A DNA stretch of 59,505 nt from Mariprofundaceae bacterium (GCA_030950745.1 JAUZQZ010000024.1:1-59505), one strand, 5' to 3'; shown: positions 45,372 through 55,348, counted from the first letter of the stretch. Translations and numbers: made by a program. The notes: generated by a model not told the origin, from the letters alone.

Positions 45372-48224
45372 TCATTCAGTAATGACTATCAGTTCCTCAA
45401 TATCCTCACGATACTCAGTCCATGAATGGCGCGAAACCGGATTGCCGAAGGGGTTGATGATAATCTGGTATTGTCGCAGACAGGAATAATCCTGTTCTCG
45501 TGGAAAAAATTTACGAATCTTGTCTTGCATGGGGTCATGCCACACAAACCCAGACTTCAGACGGTAACCAATCCAGATAAAGCCTCGTTGCAACAGGTCG
45601 GCGAACAGTGCTTCGGCATTTTCCGGCAGCTCTTCCGTGACAGTCAGGGTCTTGATATCCATATCATCATCTTCACCGGTATCACTCATTAGTACATCAA
45701 TAGCACGGCGAAGGGTGCGCTGTAGTTCGTAAGCCTCGGGACTTTCCGATGAGTACATATAATAACTCGTGTGTGCGATGTATGTGCCATAAAACTCATC
45801 CGGTACGGTGACATGGACCTCGGTGGGTAATTCAAAGCGATCCAGTTCTTCCTGTAGCAGACGGGCCTGCTCACGATTGCTCAGAAGCGGAAAAATTTGT
45901 GGTGTATCACCATTCTCCCGAACAATTGTGACCAGATGTGAGAGTACGGTTGCAATCGCACTATAAGCATGATCTTTCAAATGCTGGGGTCGCGAAAGCA
46001 GGATACGATCTGCGTCCTTCACATACTCACGCAAGCGATCCATATCGGTGAAATCCCAGCGGATGAGCTCGAAATGGATGCGCTCGGTTGCTCCGGACAT
46101 TTCAGCAATTCTGCGGCGCAGGTAAACGATGCGGTCAATATGTTCATCACGGGTGATATCATCAATAATTTTAACGTTGATGGTATGAAAGTCCTGAAGC
46201 AGTCGTTTGAGCAGCAAGGGAAGCGCACCAACCCAACCCGTAATGACCAGATTCAATACTTCAGCATTTTGGGCTAACTTTAGTTCAGTCGAGCTGGCCG
46301 GTATGTGATTGTTTTCGGCATTCTGTTCTATATTGTTTTCATATTCTTTATATGTGTAAAGTAATTCTCCGTGGATATCCCGGGAATGAATGGCTAACCC
46401 CAGAACAGATGTGATTTTTATTGGAGCGCGTTCGGCAAGTTTATAGAGTGGATGGGGACATCCCTGATCATCGGTCAAAGCCACGAGTGTGATGCCACGG
46501 GATATCATGCTTGCTGCGACACGTGTCACGTCCAGGCTGGTTTTTTCACCTTTCATGCTAAGGAATACCTTGCCGTCACGAGTATCCACTTCACCTTCCC
46601 ACTCGCAAATCTGCAATGCCGATTCTTCGGTACGTCCGGGAATCATCAGGCGTTCCATTACCTGATCGAAGTCCTGGTAGGCGAGAATGTTGCGCAGCAT
46701 GTTGGCACGCACTTCCGCGTGCGATAGCACGACAGTGGGTTTATCGTAGACGTTTTTGTTATCCCAGCCGATTTGCAGGATGTGATGATGGGAGGATAAT
46801 TGCGGCTCAGCCAGACTGGGAGATGCATAGTTCAGATAGATGTCCGGGTTAATCTTGCGAATGGCGAGCAACGAAAAGGTACTGTGTGATAACTGAATCG
46901 CTTGCGAGACGTTATCTGGCACATTGATAATGGCCTGACGAGCATGATTCAGGTTGACGCGTTTAAGTGAATCGACCTCCTGTACGTTGCCCCAGCGGTA
47001 GGATACCCAGGGGTAGGCCAGCAGTTCCTTCGGCGTTTCGGCGCTTTCGCCCAGAAGTACCAGTTTTAGCCGGGAGAAATGACGTTCAGAGATGGTACGC
47101 AATTGTGCCAACGTGTAAGGCGCAACCTCGGACCATCCCAGCATGACCATGTGATTGGTAATATTCAGTCGTTCATTCCGGAGTTTTTGCATCAGTCCGG
47201 AAATGATCTGGGAGCCGATGCCGATGAAGAAAGCAAAGATAAAAACACCAGTGATGACGGCTGTGATGGAAACAATGGCCATCCTGGCATTGGGTGGAAA
47301 GAGAATCGAGTTTCCCGGGTCGGTAAACAGACGGAAAGAAAACCATATCTGGGCAAACAGGGTGCCATCGGTGGCGTCCACGATGCCGTCTTGCGTGTAG
47401 TCGTAGGGGGGCATGAAGAAATGTCCGACCACGCCACCTGTGATAGCCAGTACGCCCAACAGCAGGATAATCAGATTGACTTCCTGCATAAATTGTCCTT
47501 CGGCCACGACCTCTTTGAGGTTGCGTAAGATGATCGTCCATGGACGAAGTAGTCGTATCAGGCGCAGGGCACGCAGGGCGCTTCCATGAGGAATAACGGC
47601 GAATGCCGGAACCATGACAACGGTCGCAATCAGATCAATCCACCAGTAAATCCACTCACTGATACGGTCTCTGGTGGTCTCGAATTTCATGTGCCGCATA
47701 AGCACCAGACGAATGGCCAACTCGACGGAGAAGAAGATGATAACGACCCACATCAGGGTGTCCTCGGCGAAGAAGGAGAGGAGAATAAGCAGTGAGATGA
47801 GCATGCCATAGGTGGGTGAATACATGGCACTTTGCAAATCAACATAACGAAATACACGCAGTGTTCGCATCAGATAAAACGCGCGCAGCAATCGTGCCGC
47901 TGCCGCATCTTCGGCATTCAGCGGGATGTTAAACACTGTAATCAGAAGGGAGGCGACACCAATAATATCAAGTGCCAGAAACAGTGCGTCCAGTTTACTG
48001 TTCAGAGAGGAACGGTAGGGATTGGTGTGGATCTTATAACGTATAATGGCGATGCGCAGGCCAAGCTCAATGACAAAAATAGTAAATAAAATTCCGGCCA
48101 GTATCTGGTTATGTATAAACGACGCAGCAATCAATCCAAGCATGATAATGCCGAAGCGGGGATGCATCAGTACCCATTCAAGATGATGGTAAAGCAAAGG
48201 GCGGTCTTGTAGAACGGATTTCAT
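45372..48224 (-). CDS. Putative ion channel: two S1-S4 voltage-sensor-like units, a CASTOR/POLLUX-like pore, and a tandem RCK-like cytoplasmic region
   Basis: Two arginine-repeat helices (RLLRAFYLMRTLRVFR; LRALRLIRLLR), pore loop WFSFRLFTDPGN, post-S6 NHMVMLGWSE, a second Rossmann-like start NLVITGWVGA, and about 600 cytoplasmic residues. Confidence 0.6.
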   Translation of the reverse strand: MKSVLQDRPLLYHHLEWVLMHPRFGIIMLGLIAASFIHNQILAGILFTIFVIELGLRIAIIRYKIHTNPYRSSLNSKLDALFLALDIIGVASLLITVFNIPLNAEDAAAARLLRAFYLMRTLRVFRYVDLQSAMYSPTYGMLISLLILLSFFAEDTLMWVVIIFFSVELAIRLVLMRHMKFETTRDRISEWIYWWIDLIATVVMVPAFAVIPHGSALRALRLIRLLRPWTIILRNLKEVVAEGQFMQEVNLIILLLGVLAITGGVVGHFFMPPYDYTQDGIVDATDGTLFAQIWFSFRLFTDPGNSILFPPNARMAIVSITAVITGVFIFAFFIGIGSQIISGLMQKLRNERLNITNHMVMLGWSEVAPYTLAQLRTISERHFSRLKLVLLGESAETPKELLAYPWVSYRWGNVQEVDSLKRVNLNHARQAIINVPDNVSQAIQLSHSTFSLLAIRKINPDIYLNYASPSLAEPQLSSHHHILQIGWDNKNVYDKPTVVLSHAEVRANMLRNILAYQDFDQVMERLMIPGRTEESALQICEWEGEVDTRDGKVFLSMKGEKTSLDVTRVAASMISRGITLVALTDDQGCPHPLYKLAERAPIKITSVLGLAIHSRDIHGELLYTYKEYENNIEQNAENNHIPASSTELKLAQNAEVLNLVITGWVGALPLLLKRLLQDFHTINVKIIDDITRDEHIDRIVYLRRRIAEMSGATERIHFELIRWDFTDMDRLREYVKDADRILLSRPQHLKDHAYSAIATVLSHLVTIVRENGDTPQIFPLLSNREQARLLQEELDRFELPTEVHVTVPDEFYGTYIAHTSYYMYSSESPEAYELQRTLRRAIDVLMSDTGEDDDMDIKTLTVTEELPENAEALFADLLQRGFIWIGYRLKSGFVWHDPMQDKIRKFFPREQDYSCLRQYQIIINPFGNPVSRHSWTEYREDIEELIVITE

Positions 48225-48235
48225 TAAATTTCCTT

Positions 48236-48260
48236 GCTAGCTTGAATTATTCATGAATCG
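48236..48260. repeat. Solo terminal fragment E of the same repeat
   Basis: GCTAGCTTGAATTATTCATGAATCG matches the reverse complement of the outer end of copy C (GCTAGCTTGAACTATTCATAAAT) at 23 of the 25 compared positions. Confidence 0.6.
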
Positions 48261-48666
48261 GTTCAGGGCAGTGAGGTGCAATCTGCGGCAGTGTATTCGT
48301 GGCGGCCTTCCAGCCCAAGGCACGATCTATGTTTATGGAGGCTACGAAAATCAAAGCAGCAGGCGTTTCCGGAATGGTGCACAGGAAATGGTGGGTTCGG
48401 GATGTGCGGAAGTATATTTCCTCAAGGTGACGTTCAAACGGTCTGCCCTGTTGTGCGGATATCAGGTCATCAATTCTGGAGATCACTGTCCCGCGAAACA
48501 TTTTTGCTGAAGCATCCATCAGCATTTCCACATAGGCATCCGTGAAATAAGCCACTTCGTGGTAGGCCGCAAGTGTCATGCCTGTATCCAGATCAAGAAT
48601 TCCGGCAGCTATGTGTCCCGGTTGTTTATGCACCAGATCATGACAGATTTCCCACAGGGGATTCAT
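48247..48666 (-). CDS. Hypothetical soluble protein (possible Roadblock/LC7-like fold)
   Basis: ORF on the same strand, 22 nt upstream of the channel gene. ATG 48666 (TTG 48714 is possible). Sequence pattern compatible with alpha-beta-beta-alpha-beta-beta. Last codons and stop lie in a repeat remnant. Confidence 0.45.
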   Translation of the reverse strand: MNPLWEICHDLVHKQPGHIAAGILDLDTGMTLAAYHEVAYFTDAYVEMLMDASAKMFRGTVISRIDDLISAQQGRPFERHLEEIYFRTSRTHHFLCTIPETPAALIFVASINIDRALGWKAATNTLPQIAPHCPEPIHE

Positions 48667-48694
48667 GTTGAAAGTTGGCCTGGTCAGATATCCC

Positions 48695-49339
48695 TTAGGG
48701 GTTGAGTGAAGCAATTTTTTGCGTTAGTGCCTGACTTATTTTTACAGCCAACTCCGGTGACAGGAAGGAAAGAATCTTGCCGACCTTTTTTTCATCCATA
48801 CGTGAAAACATTTTAACCACTATGAGTAAATCCATCCGTGCAATTACGAGGGCGGCCTTATCTGCCTTCATACCTTCATATACAGCAGTCAAACGCTTGA
48901 TTTTCTTGTTACTAATACTTTTTTCCTGCGCCAGCATGTCTTGAATACGTGTTTCCAGTTCCTCCAGATCAGCAATCCGTTGCGCAGCCTTCTTTTCCAT
49001 TCCCACAGTAGCCTGTTCACGTTTGTCGAGTTCTCTACCCCGTTTGTCCAGTCGATTCTTGATTTTGCGCAAATTGAGCAGGGATTCCCGTTCTGTATCG
49101 CTGATATGATCACTTTCCGGCATTATTGATGCATGAGCCTCGGCAATCAGAGAGGGATTCGAAGCGGTATGTGCTGTTTTCTTTGCCTGAGGTTTCATCC
49201 GTGGTGTTGCCACGGCTGCATTGGCTATCTGAATAACATGATGGGTACTTTTATCTCCAGGCCACAGTGATAGCACGGTACGCGCCAGCACCAGGGCTGT
49301 TAAAGTAAACAGCAGAAATAAAATTCGGCGCGTATTCAT
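48695..49339 (-). CDS. MotE/YlxF-type (MgtE_N-like) flagellar protein
   Basis: N-terminal TM/signal, coiled-coil region, and C-terminal AAVYEGMKADKAALVIARMD...MDEKKVGKILSFLSPELAVKISQAL. Position after fliJ matches B. subtilis ylxF. Confidence 0.55.
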   Translation of the reverse strand: MNTRRILFLLFTLTALVLARTVLSLWPGDKSTHHVIQIANAAVATPRMKPQAKKTAHTASNPSLIAEAHASIMPESDHISDTERESLLNLRKIKNRLDKRGRELDKREQATVGMEKKAAQRIADLEELETRIQDMLAQEKSISNKKIKRLTAVYEGMKADKAALVIARMDLLIVVKMFSRMDEKKVGKILSFLSPELAVKISQALTQKIASLNP

Positions 49340-49354
49340 GAGTCCGACAGACGC

Positions 49355-49792
49355 CTAGATGCTAGCGGCAACGATGGATGCGGTTCGGTCGTCGTCCAGT
49401 CGTTGCCGACGTCGTTCCAGATTGCGTCGTTCACAAGCCTGCAGGCGACTGTCCATTTTACCAAATACCTTGCTCTGACGATCATGTTCCAGCCAGTGAT
49501 CAAGTAACGTCTGTTCCTGTAAATGTAGTTGTTCGAGGGATTCTTCCAGCCGTTTCATTTGTTCACGTTGCTCGACAATGATTTCATTAAATACGACTAA
49601 CAGGCTTGCCTGTGCACCGACTTTTAATGTCTGTTCACGCTGTTTCCCAAGCTCTTTCAGGTGTGCTTCCGTTTCCTCAATATGCTGGATCAGCTTTTGT
49701 CTTTGTCGGCTTAGTGCTGTCAGCTCATGTTGGGCTCGGTTGCGGGAATTCTCCGAGAGTTTTTGTAAAATTTGATGGGGCATCAATCGCAT
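49355..49792 (-). CDS. fliJ: Flagellar export chaperone-escort FliJ
   Basis: 145-aa all-helical, charged protein immediately after fliI. Confidence 0.6.
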   Translation of the reverse strand: MRLMPHQILQKLSENSRNRAQHELTALSRQRQKLIQHIEETEAHLKELGKQREQTLKVGAQASLLVVFNEIIVEQREQMKRLEESLEQLHLQEQTLLDHWLEHDRQSKVFGKMDSRLQACERRNLERRRQRLDDDRTASIVAASI

Positions 49793-49793
49793 T

Positions 49794-51137
49794 TTATTCC
49801 TCCTTCATCAGTTGGATCAGCTGCCTGCAAGTGTCCTCACGATTACTTGCATCGTTTTGCTCTTGCTGGAGGAAGGCACGTATGGCTGGCATACGGGTGA
49901 TGACGCGATCAAGTTCCGGATTGCTCCCGTGTTCGTAAGCACCCATATTGATCATATCCTCCATACGTTCAAACAATGCCAACTCTTTACGCAAGGATCG
50001 TGCCGCTTTTTGTACATCTTGCCCGGAGAGGGAATTGGCAAGTCTGCTGACGCTTTTAAGAATATTGATAGCCGGGTAGTGGCCGCGTTCCGCCAGTTCC
50101 CGATCGAGCACCGCGTGGCCGTCGAGAATCGCCAAAGCAGCATCAGCCACCGGGTCTCCGGCAATATCATCGCCTTCTACCAATACAGTATATAAGCCGG
50201 TGATGCTACCCTGTCCTGTGCCGGGGCCAGCCCGTTCCAGCAACTCTGCCATGGCGGAAAAACAGGAGGGTGTATATCCCTTGCTGGCGGGAGGTTCACC
50301 CAGCATAAGCCCAATTTCTCTCTGTGCCTGTGCAAAGCGGGTCAGACTGTCCATCATCAGAAACACCTTTTTTTCCTGATTTTGAAAGAATTCGGCAATT
50401 GTGGCAGCCAATAATGCGGCACGGATGCGAAGCACAGGGGCGGCATCCGATGTGGCAACAATGACAATGCTGCGGTCAAGTGCAGCGGAACCCAGACTGT
50501 GTTCCAGAAACTCACGCACTTCACGGCTGCGTTCGCCAACCAGTGCAATAACGTTGACATCCGCATCCGAATTACGGGCCATCATGCCCATCAATGTACT
50601 CTTGCCGACACCCGCACCGGCAAACAGACCCATGCGCTGACCCCATCCCATGGTCAGACAAGCATCCATGGCTCTAATGCCTGATTGCATGGGGGTATTA
50701 ATGATGTGACGGTCACAGGGGTTCAGGGGCGTGCCGTGCAAGGCATGAAAAGGCCCTGCAGATGTGAGTGGACGGTTATCCATCGGTTGACCTTTTCCAT
50801 CCAGGACTCGTCCAAGCAGATGTTCACCGATATGGATACCCGGTGGTGTTGATCGGGGACGTACCACATCTCCGGGCGCAATACCACGGACGCGGCCAAT
50901 CGGCATCAGGATACTGTTTTCATCCCTGAAACCAACAATCTCAGCTTCAATGCACTGACCTTTGCTCACGTAAATATCACAGGCACTTCCTATACTGGAG
51001 CGCATGCCACCTACCTCAACCATCGGACCCAGAACTTTATTTACACGGCCCAGGATAGGGAAAGGGTGGATATGACGCAGGCTGTTCAATACATTATGGC
51101 GGGCCTCTGGCTGCCACAGAGCAATGGTTTCCATCAT
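49794..51137 (-). CDS. fliI: Flagellum-specific ATPase
   Basis: Walker A GAGVGKSTLMGMM and Walker B FLMMDSLTRFA. F1/T3SS ATPase family. Confidence 0.95.
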   Translation of the reverse strand: MMETIALWQPEARHNVLNSLRHIHPFPILGRVNKVLGPMVEVGGMRSSIGSACDIYVSKGQCIEAEIVGFRDENSILMPIGRVRGIAPGDVVRPRSTPPGIHIGEHLLGRVLDGKGQPMDNRPLTSAGPFHALHGTPLNPCDRHIINTPMQSGIRAMDACLTMGWGQRMGLFAGAGVGKSTLMGMMARNSDADVNVIALVGERSREVREFLEHSLGSAALDRSIVIVATSDAAPVLRIRAALLAATIAEFFQNQEKKVFLMMDSLTRFAQAQREIGLMLGEPPASKGYTPSCFSAMAELLERAGPGTGQGSITGLYTVLVEGDDIAGDPVADAALAILDGHAVLDRELAERGHYPAINILKSVSRLANSLSGQDVQKAARSLRKELALFERMEDMINMGAYEHGSNPELDRVITRMPAIRAFLQQEQNDASNREDTCRQLIQLMKEE

Positions 51138-51862
51138 GTTGGTGTGTCTGCGGACTCTTGCCGGGTGGAAATGTTCACAGATTCATGTTTTACCAGCATT
51201 GTATCACGAATATGTTGCATACATTCCGTGACAGCTGCCTGGGGATCAATGAGCACGTCGTTTGTCCGGGCCATGATACGGCAGGTTCCAGGCCGGACGC
51301 TGCTATCCGGTATCAGGCGGATATCCTGTGATGCGTTGTCTTGCGGGGTGTTTTCCTGTAACCCGTTTTCCAGCAGCGTTTCAATCATGGACATGTTTTC
51401 TGGAGCTACCGCCAGTTTTAGCGTGTCATGTACGGGAAGGCGCTGTACGCATTGTTCAACCATCTGTTTCAAATAATCGGGATGATCATCCATCATAGCT
51501 CCTACCACATGATGGATGACTGCGTCGGCGATTTCCAGCACTGTTTCATTGATATGCTCATGCATCCGCGCCAGTTCATCTTCACTTTGGCGCAGCAATA
51601 TTTCCATAGATGACATAAACTGTTCCGCACGTTTTTTTCCGAGATCAAGTCCTGTTTTCTCACCTGCCCGGTATGCCTTATCGTAGGCTTCTTTTTCAAT
51701 AGTGCCGGCGCGTCCCTGCGCTTCCTGGAGCATTTGCTCCAGTTGTTTCATGCGGTCTGTTTCAAGGGGCTTGACCGTCGCAGGGTTTGTTTTTAATTCC
51801 CCGAATGGAAATGAGGAAGGTGTTCCTTCAATCATCTTCAATGGCAGTGGGGTAAGGCCCAT
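51134..51862 (-). CDS. fliH: Flagellar assembly protein FliH
   Basis: 242 aa between fliG and fliI, with stop/start overlap with fliI. Coiled N-half and FliH-like C-half. Confidence 0.65.
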   Translation of the reverse strand: MGLTPLPLKMIEGTPSSFPFGELKTNPATVKPLETDRMKQLEQMLQEAQGRAGTIEKEAYDKAYRAGEKTGLDLGKKRAEQFMSSMEILLRQSEDELARMHEHINETVLEIADAVIHHVVGAMMDDHPDYLKQMVEQCVQRLPVHDTLKLAVAPENMSMIETLLENGLQENTPQDNASQDIRLIPDSSVRPGTCRIMARTNDVLIDPQAAVTECMQHIRDTMLVKHESVNISTRQESADTPT

Positions 51863-51864
51863 GT

Positions 51865-52863
51865 TTAAACCATTTCCTCATTGCCACCGAGAGTGATGGC
51901 ACCTTCGTCATCCAGTTTGCGGACAGTTTTGAGAATATTCTGCTGGCTTTCTTCCACATCAGCCAGTTTTAATGGTCCCATCACTTCCATGTCTTCACGC
52001 ATAATTTCTGCCGCACGTTTTGACATATTGCCAAAGAAACCGTCGGCAATTTCGTCCGATGCCCCTTTAAGCGCTTTGACCAGATCGTCGGATGAAATAT
52101 GTTTGAGAATGGACTGAATGTCGCGGTCGGAAAGTTCGTTCAGGTCTTCAAAAACAAGCAACAGACGATCCACCTGCTGGAATAATTCTTCATCTTTTTC
52201 CTGCAATCGTTCAAGGATGGGTTTGGCAACAGACTTATCAAGTTTTTTGAGGATTTCAACGACATTGACCATGCCGTCGAATGATAATCCCGAGGATCCC
52301 TCCATGCCCGATAGTTCTTCTTCCAGTGTTTCCTCAATGTCGCGCACCAGATCACTGGGGACGGTTTCAATTTTGGACATTCGTACCACCACGGACATCT
52401 GCATATCTTCCGGCAGAAGAGCAATGATTCGGCTGGCCACGGAGCTTTCGATATTACCAAGAATCAGGGCGACGGTTTGAGGATGTTCATTTTCCACATA
52501 TGGTTTAATCATTTCCGGTTTAAGACGTGACAGTTTTTCCCAGATGCTGAGTTTCCTCGGAGCATCCAGGCCTGCCATAATCTGGGTCCTGCGTTCTTCA
52601 TCCACGGCACATTTTAGGAGGCTGAGGACATCCTTGCGCGAGGAACGCAACAGAGGGTCATCAGAATGATGCATGTCCAGATATTCCTGTACAACTGTAT
52701 GCAGTGTTTCCGCCTCGATTTTGCCGAGATCGGACATGCGTTGTCCGAGTTGGATCAGTGTTTCATTATTCAGGTCGCGTACGATGGGAACCGAGGCTTC
52801 CGGTCCCAGTGCATAAAGCAGAATGGCTGTTTTATCCAGCCCGCTTAGCTTGGCGCTTTTCAT
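51865..52863 (-). CDS. fliG: Flagellar motor switch protein FliG
   Basis: 332 aa. LSGLDKTAILLYALGPE..., the EHPQTVALIL motif, and a C-terminal torque helix region. Confidence 0.95.
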   Translation of the reverse strand: MKSAKLSGLDKTAILLYALGPEASVPIVRDLNNETLIQLGQRMSDLGKIEAETLHTVVQEYLDMHHSDDPLLRSSRKDVLSLLKCAVDEERRTQIMAGLDAPRKLSIWEKLSRLKPEMIKPYVENEHPQTVALILGNIESSVASRIIALLPEDMQMSVVVRMSKIETVPSDLVRDIEETLEEELSGMEGSSGLSFDGMVNVVEILKKLDKSVAKPILERLQEKDEELFQQVDRLLLVFEDLNELSDRDIQSILKHISSDDLVKALKGASDEIADGFFGNMSKRAAEIMREDMEVMGPLKLADVEESQQNILKTVRKLDDEGAITLGGNEEMV

Positions 52864-54530
52864 GTGTGTTCAATCCATTCACTGACCACCCGTGAAGCAC
52901 GATCGGGTTCATTGGTAATAACCTGTCTGGCGTGTTCTGTGGATTCCAGGCGGGCATAGGCGGCGGGAGACATGGCGGGCAAAGCCTGTGGTACAAATGA
53001 TTCACCTCCTGCAGCTGTTCCACCCGCACCCTGACTGGTAATACGTTGTGATAATGGCCGAAGTACGAACCATGCCAGGAGCAATAGCGCAAGGCCGGCC
53101 AGCCCGTAACGCGCGATATCCATATAGAGCGCCCTATTGGCCGCTGTTTCCAGCGTACCTGTATCAGCATGACTGGAAATGTCCATGAGCGGCAGGCTTT
53201 GAATCTCCACGGAATCCCCCCGATCTTCATCGTAGCCAATTGCACGTTCAATGAGACCTTGCAAGGTCTTCAGTTCCTGCTTGCCACGTGGCGTAAAGGT
53301 AGAGGCATCACCGGGTTTCTTGAATGTGCCGCCGACGATGGCTGCCACGGAGATCTTTTTGATTCCACCTGAAGGAATGATGCGATGTTCGGTGGTAGAG
53401 CTGATTTCGTAATTGGTGGTTCGTTCGTTTCTGTTGGCATTTTCCTGCGGCGGCGTGGTTGCGGGAGATGTAGCCGGGGGATTTGCGGCATTGTTGGTTG
53501 CAGCATTGGCGCCGGGAGTGTTGGAGGCGGTTCCCGGCACGCCAATAGGCGAACTATCTACACTTTTATGGCTTTCAATCGTCTCCTTCTGGCTGCGAAT
53601 TACCTGTTCATCCGGATTGAATCGCTTGCTGTTCTGCTCGACCATCTGGCGGTTAATATCCGTCGTGACCCGTACCACGGCCTGACCCGTGCCAACGACC
53701 TGTTCCAGCATGCCGGTAAGCCTTGCTTCCAAACGGCGCTCCATTTGGGTCTGGACATCCTGCAACGTCTGGCCGGCATTCATGGGGGCCTGTTCCTCGT
53801 TGTTTGAGAGCAGGTTTCCGCTTGCATCCACAACCGTGACTGTTTTGATATCCAGACCTTGTACGCTGGCAGCTACCAGACTTTGAATGGCCATTACATT
53901 CTGTTTGGTCAGTCGCTGGCCACCGGCAAGTTTGAGCATCACTGAAGCAGAAGCCTTACGTTCACGATCTGCAAACGCGGAATCTTTGGGTAAAACCAGT
54001 TGTATACGTGCAGCGGCAATGCGGGGCATAACCTCAATAGTGCGCGCAAGCTCTCCCTGGAGCGCCCGTTGATAATTAACCTTTTGCGTAAAGTCACTGA
54101 TACCGAATTCCCCTTTTTTGTCGAACAATTCGAAACCCATCGCACCACCGGGTGTGATGTCCTGTCCGGCCAGTTTTAAACGTACGGCATAGACTTGGTC
54201 GGCAGGCACCAATACGGTTCCTTCACCCTGCAGTCGGTAAGGGATGTGTTCCTTCTGCAGGTAATCAACGACAGCGGATGCATCGGTTGCCGCCATGCCG
54301 GCATAGACAGGTTGATACGGTGTTTTCGAAGACCACATCACCATGCTGATAAAGGCGGCCAGCATGAGACTGCCCGCGATGAACAGCAGCAATCGCCGAT
54401 TGTTCAGCAGCAATGCCGTAAACTGTGGTTTTACAGGTGCGCCCGGTAGAGCCTGTGATGACGCATTGCCTGCGATGCCGGTAGCTACGGAGACATTCTG
54501 TGCATGAGATGGAGTCAGTATGTCAGCCAT
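52860..54530 (-). CDS. fliF: Flagellar MS-ring protein
   Basis: 556 aa with YscJ/FliF family sequence and two TM segments. Confidence 0.95.
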   Translation of the reverse strand: MADILTPSHAQNVSVATGIAGNASSQALPGAPVKPQFTALLLNNRRLLLFIAGSLMLAAFISMVMWSSKTPYQPVYAGMAATDASAVVDYLQKEHIPYRLQGEGTVLVPADQVYAVRLKLAGQDITPGGAMGFELFDKKGEFGISDFTQKVNYQRALQGELARTIEVMPRIAAARIQLVLPKDSAFADRERKASASVMLKLAGGQRLTKQNVMAIQSLVAASVQGLDIKTVTVVDASGNLLSNNEEQAPMNAGQTLQDVQTQMERRLEARLTGMLEQVVGTGQAVVRVTTDINRQMVEQNSKRFNPDEQVIRSQKETIESHKSVDSSPIGVPGTASNTPGANAATNNAANPPATSPATTPPQENANRNERTTNYEISSTTEHRIIPSGGIKKISVAAIVGGTFKKPGDASTFTPRGKQELKTLQGLIERAIGYDEDRGDSVEIQSLPLMDISSHADTGTLETAANRALYMDIARYGLAGLALLLLAWFVLRPLSQRITSQGAGGTAAGGESFVPQALPAMSPAAYARLESTEHARQVITNEPDRASRVVSEWIEHT

Positions 54531-54590
54531 AATTCTTATCCTCGGCGATAATTGTTCCAGAACGATAAAGAGGTGGGCTCATGTCTGTCC

Positions 54591-54893
54591 TCATACCTGC
54601 ATGCGCATGACTTCGCGATAGGCGTCCACGAGTTTGTTGCGCACACTGAGCATGAGCTGGAATGAAAGATTAGCCTTCTGTAGTGCCAGTATGGTTTCCG
54701 ATACATTGTGGCTCTTGCCGGTGGCTAGTTCGACGGAAGCCTTACCTGCTACTTTTTCCTGGGTGTTTGTCTGTTCGACGTATTGCTGGATCAGTGCACC
54801 AAACTGACCTTCGGCGGCTGGCACAGACTTACTTTCCTGCCTGATGGTGTTACCAATAGCATTGGCGTAAGCATTGATTTGCATACTCATCAT
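54591..54893 (-). CDS. fliE: Flagellar hook-basal body protein FliE
   Basis: C-terminal ALQKANLSFQLMLSVRNKLVDAYREVMRMQV. Confidence 0.9.
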   Translation of the reverse strand: MMSMQINAYANAIGNTIRQESKSVPAAEGQFGALIQQYVEQTNTQEKVAGKASVELATGKSHNVSETILALQKANLSFQLMLSVRNKLVDAYREVMRMQV

Positions 54894-54901
54894 GTATTCT
54901 C

Positions 54902-55348
54902 CTAACGCAGTAATTCGAGTGATTTCTGGAACATTCGCTTGGCGGCTTCCATGGTGGTTACGTTGGCTTCAAAGCTTCTTGCCGCGGATTGCATATCCAC
55001 CATCTCTTCGATGGTGTTGACATTCGGCATCCTGACCATGCCGTTTTTATCGGCATCAGGGTGTGACGGATTGTATAATTCACGGAACGGACGTTGATCG
55101 GGGACGACTCCGGCAACCTTGATGGTATTGGGTTTGTGTCCCTGAAAGGATGAACGAAATACATCATTGAATGCCTGTCCTGGCTGAACAGCCTGAAAAA
55201 CAATCTGACGGCGGCGATATGGCCCACCATCCGGAGATTTGGTGGAGTCCGCATTGGCGATGTTTTCGGCGACAATATCCATGCGGGCGCGCTGGGCGGA
55301 CATACCCGCACCACTAATACTCATGGCGCCAAACAGTGAATCAGACAT
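54902..55348 (-). CDS. flgC: Flagellar proximal rod protein FlgC
   Basis: RMDIVAENIANADST...GPYRRRQIVF ... VNTIEEMVDMQSAARSFEANV. Confidence 0.95.
   Translation of the reverse strand: MSDSLFGAMSISGAGMSAQRARMDIVAENIANADSTKSPDGGPYRRRQIVFQAVQPGQAFNDVFRSSFQGHKPNTIKVAGVVPDQRPFRELYNPSHPDADKNGMVRMPNVNTIEEMVDMQSAARSFEANVTTMEAAKRMFQKSLELLR

Noticed and set aside
54544-54560. Sigma-54-like TGGAAC-N5-TCGC in the fliE-fliF gap
   Set aside because: The GG/GC spacing is right, but both half-sites are weak. fliF is more simply read through from the flgB promoter.
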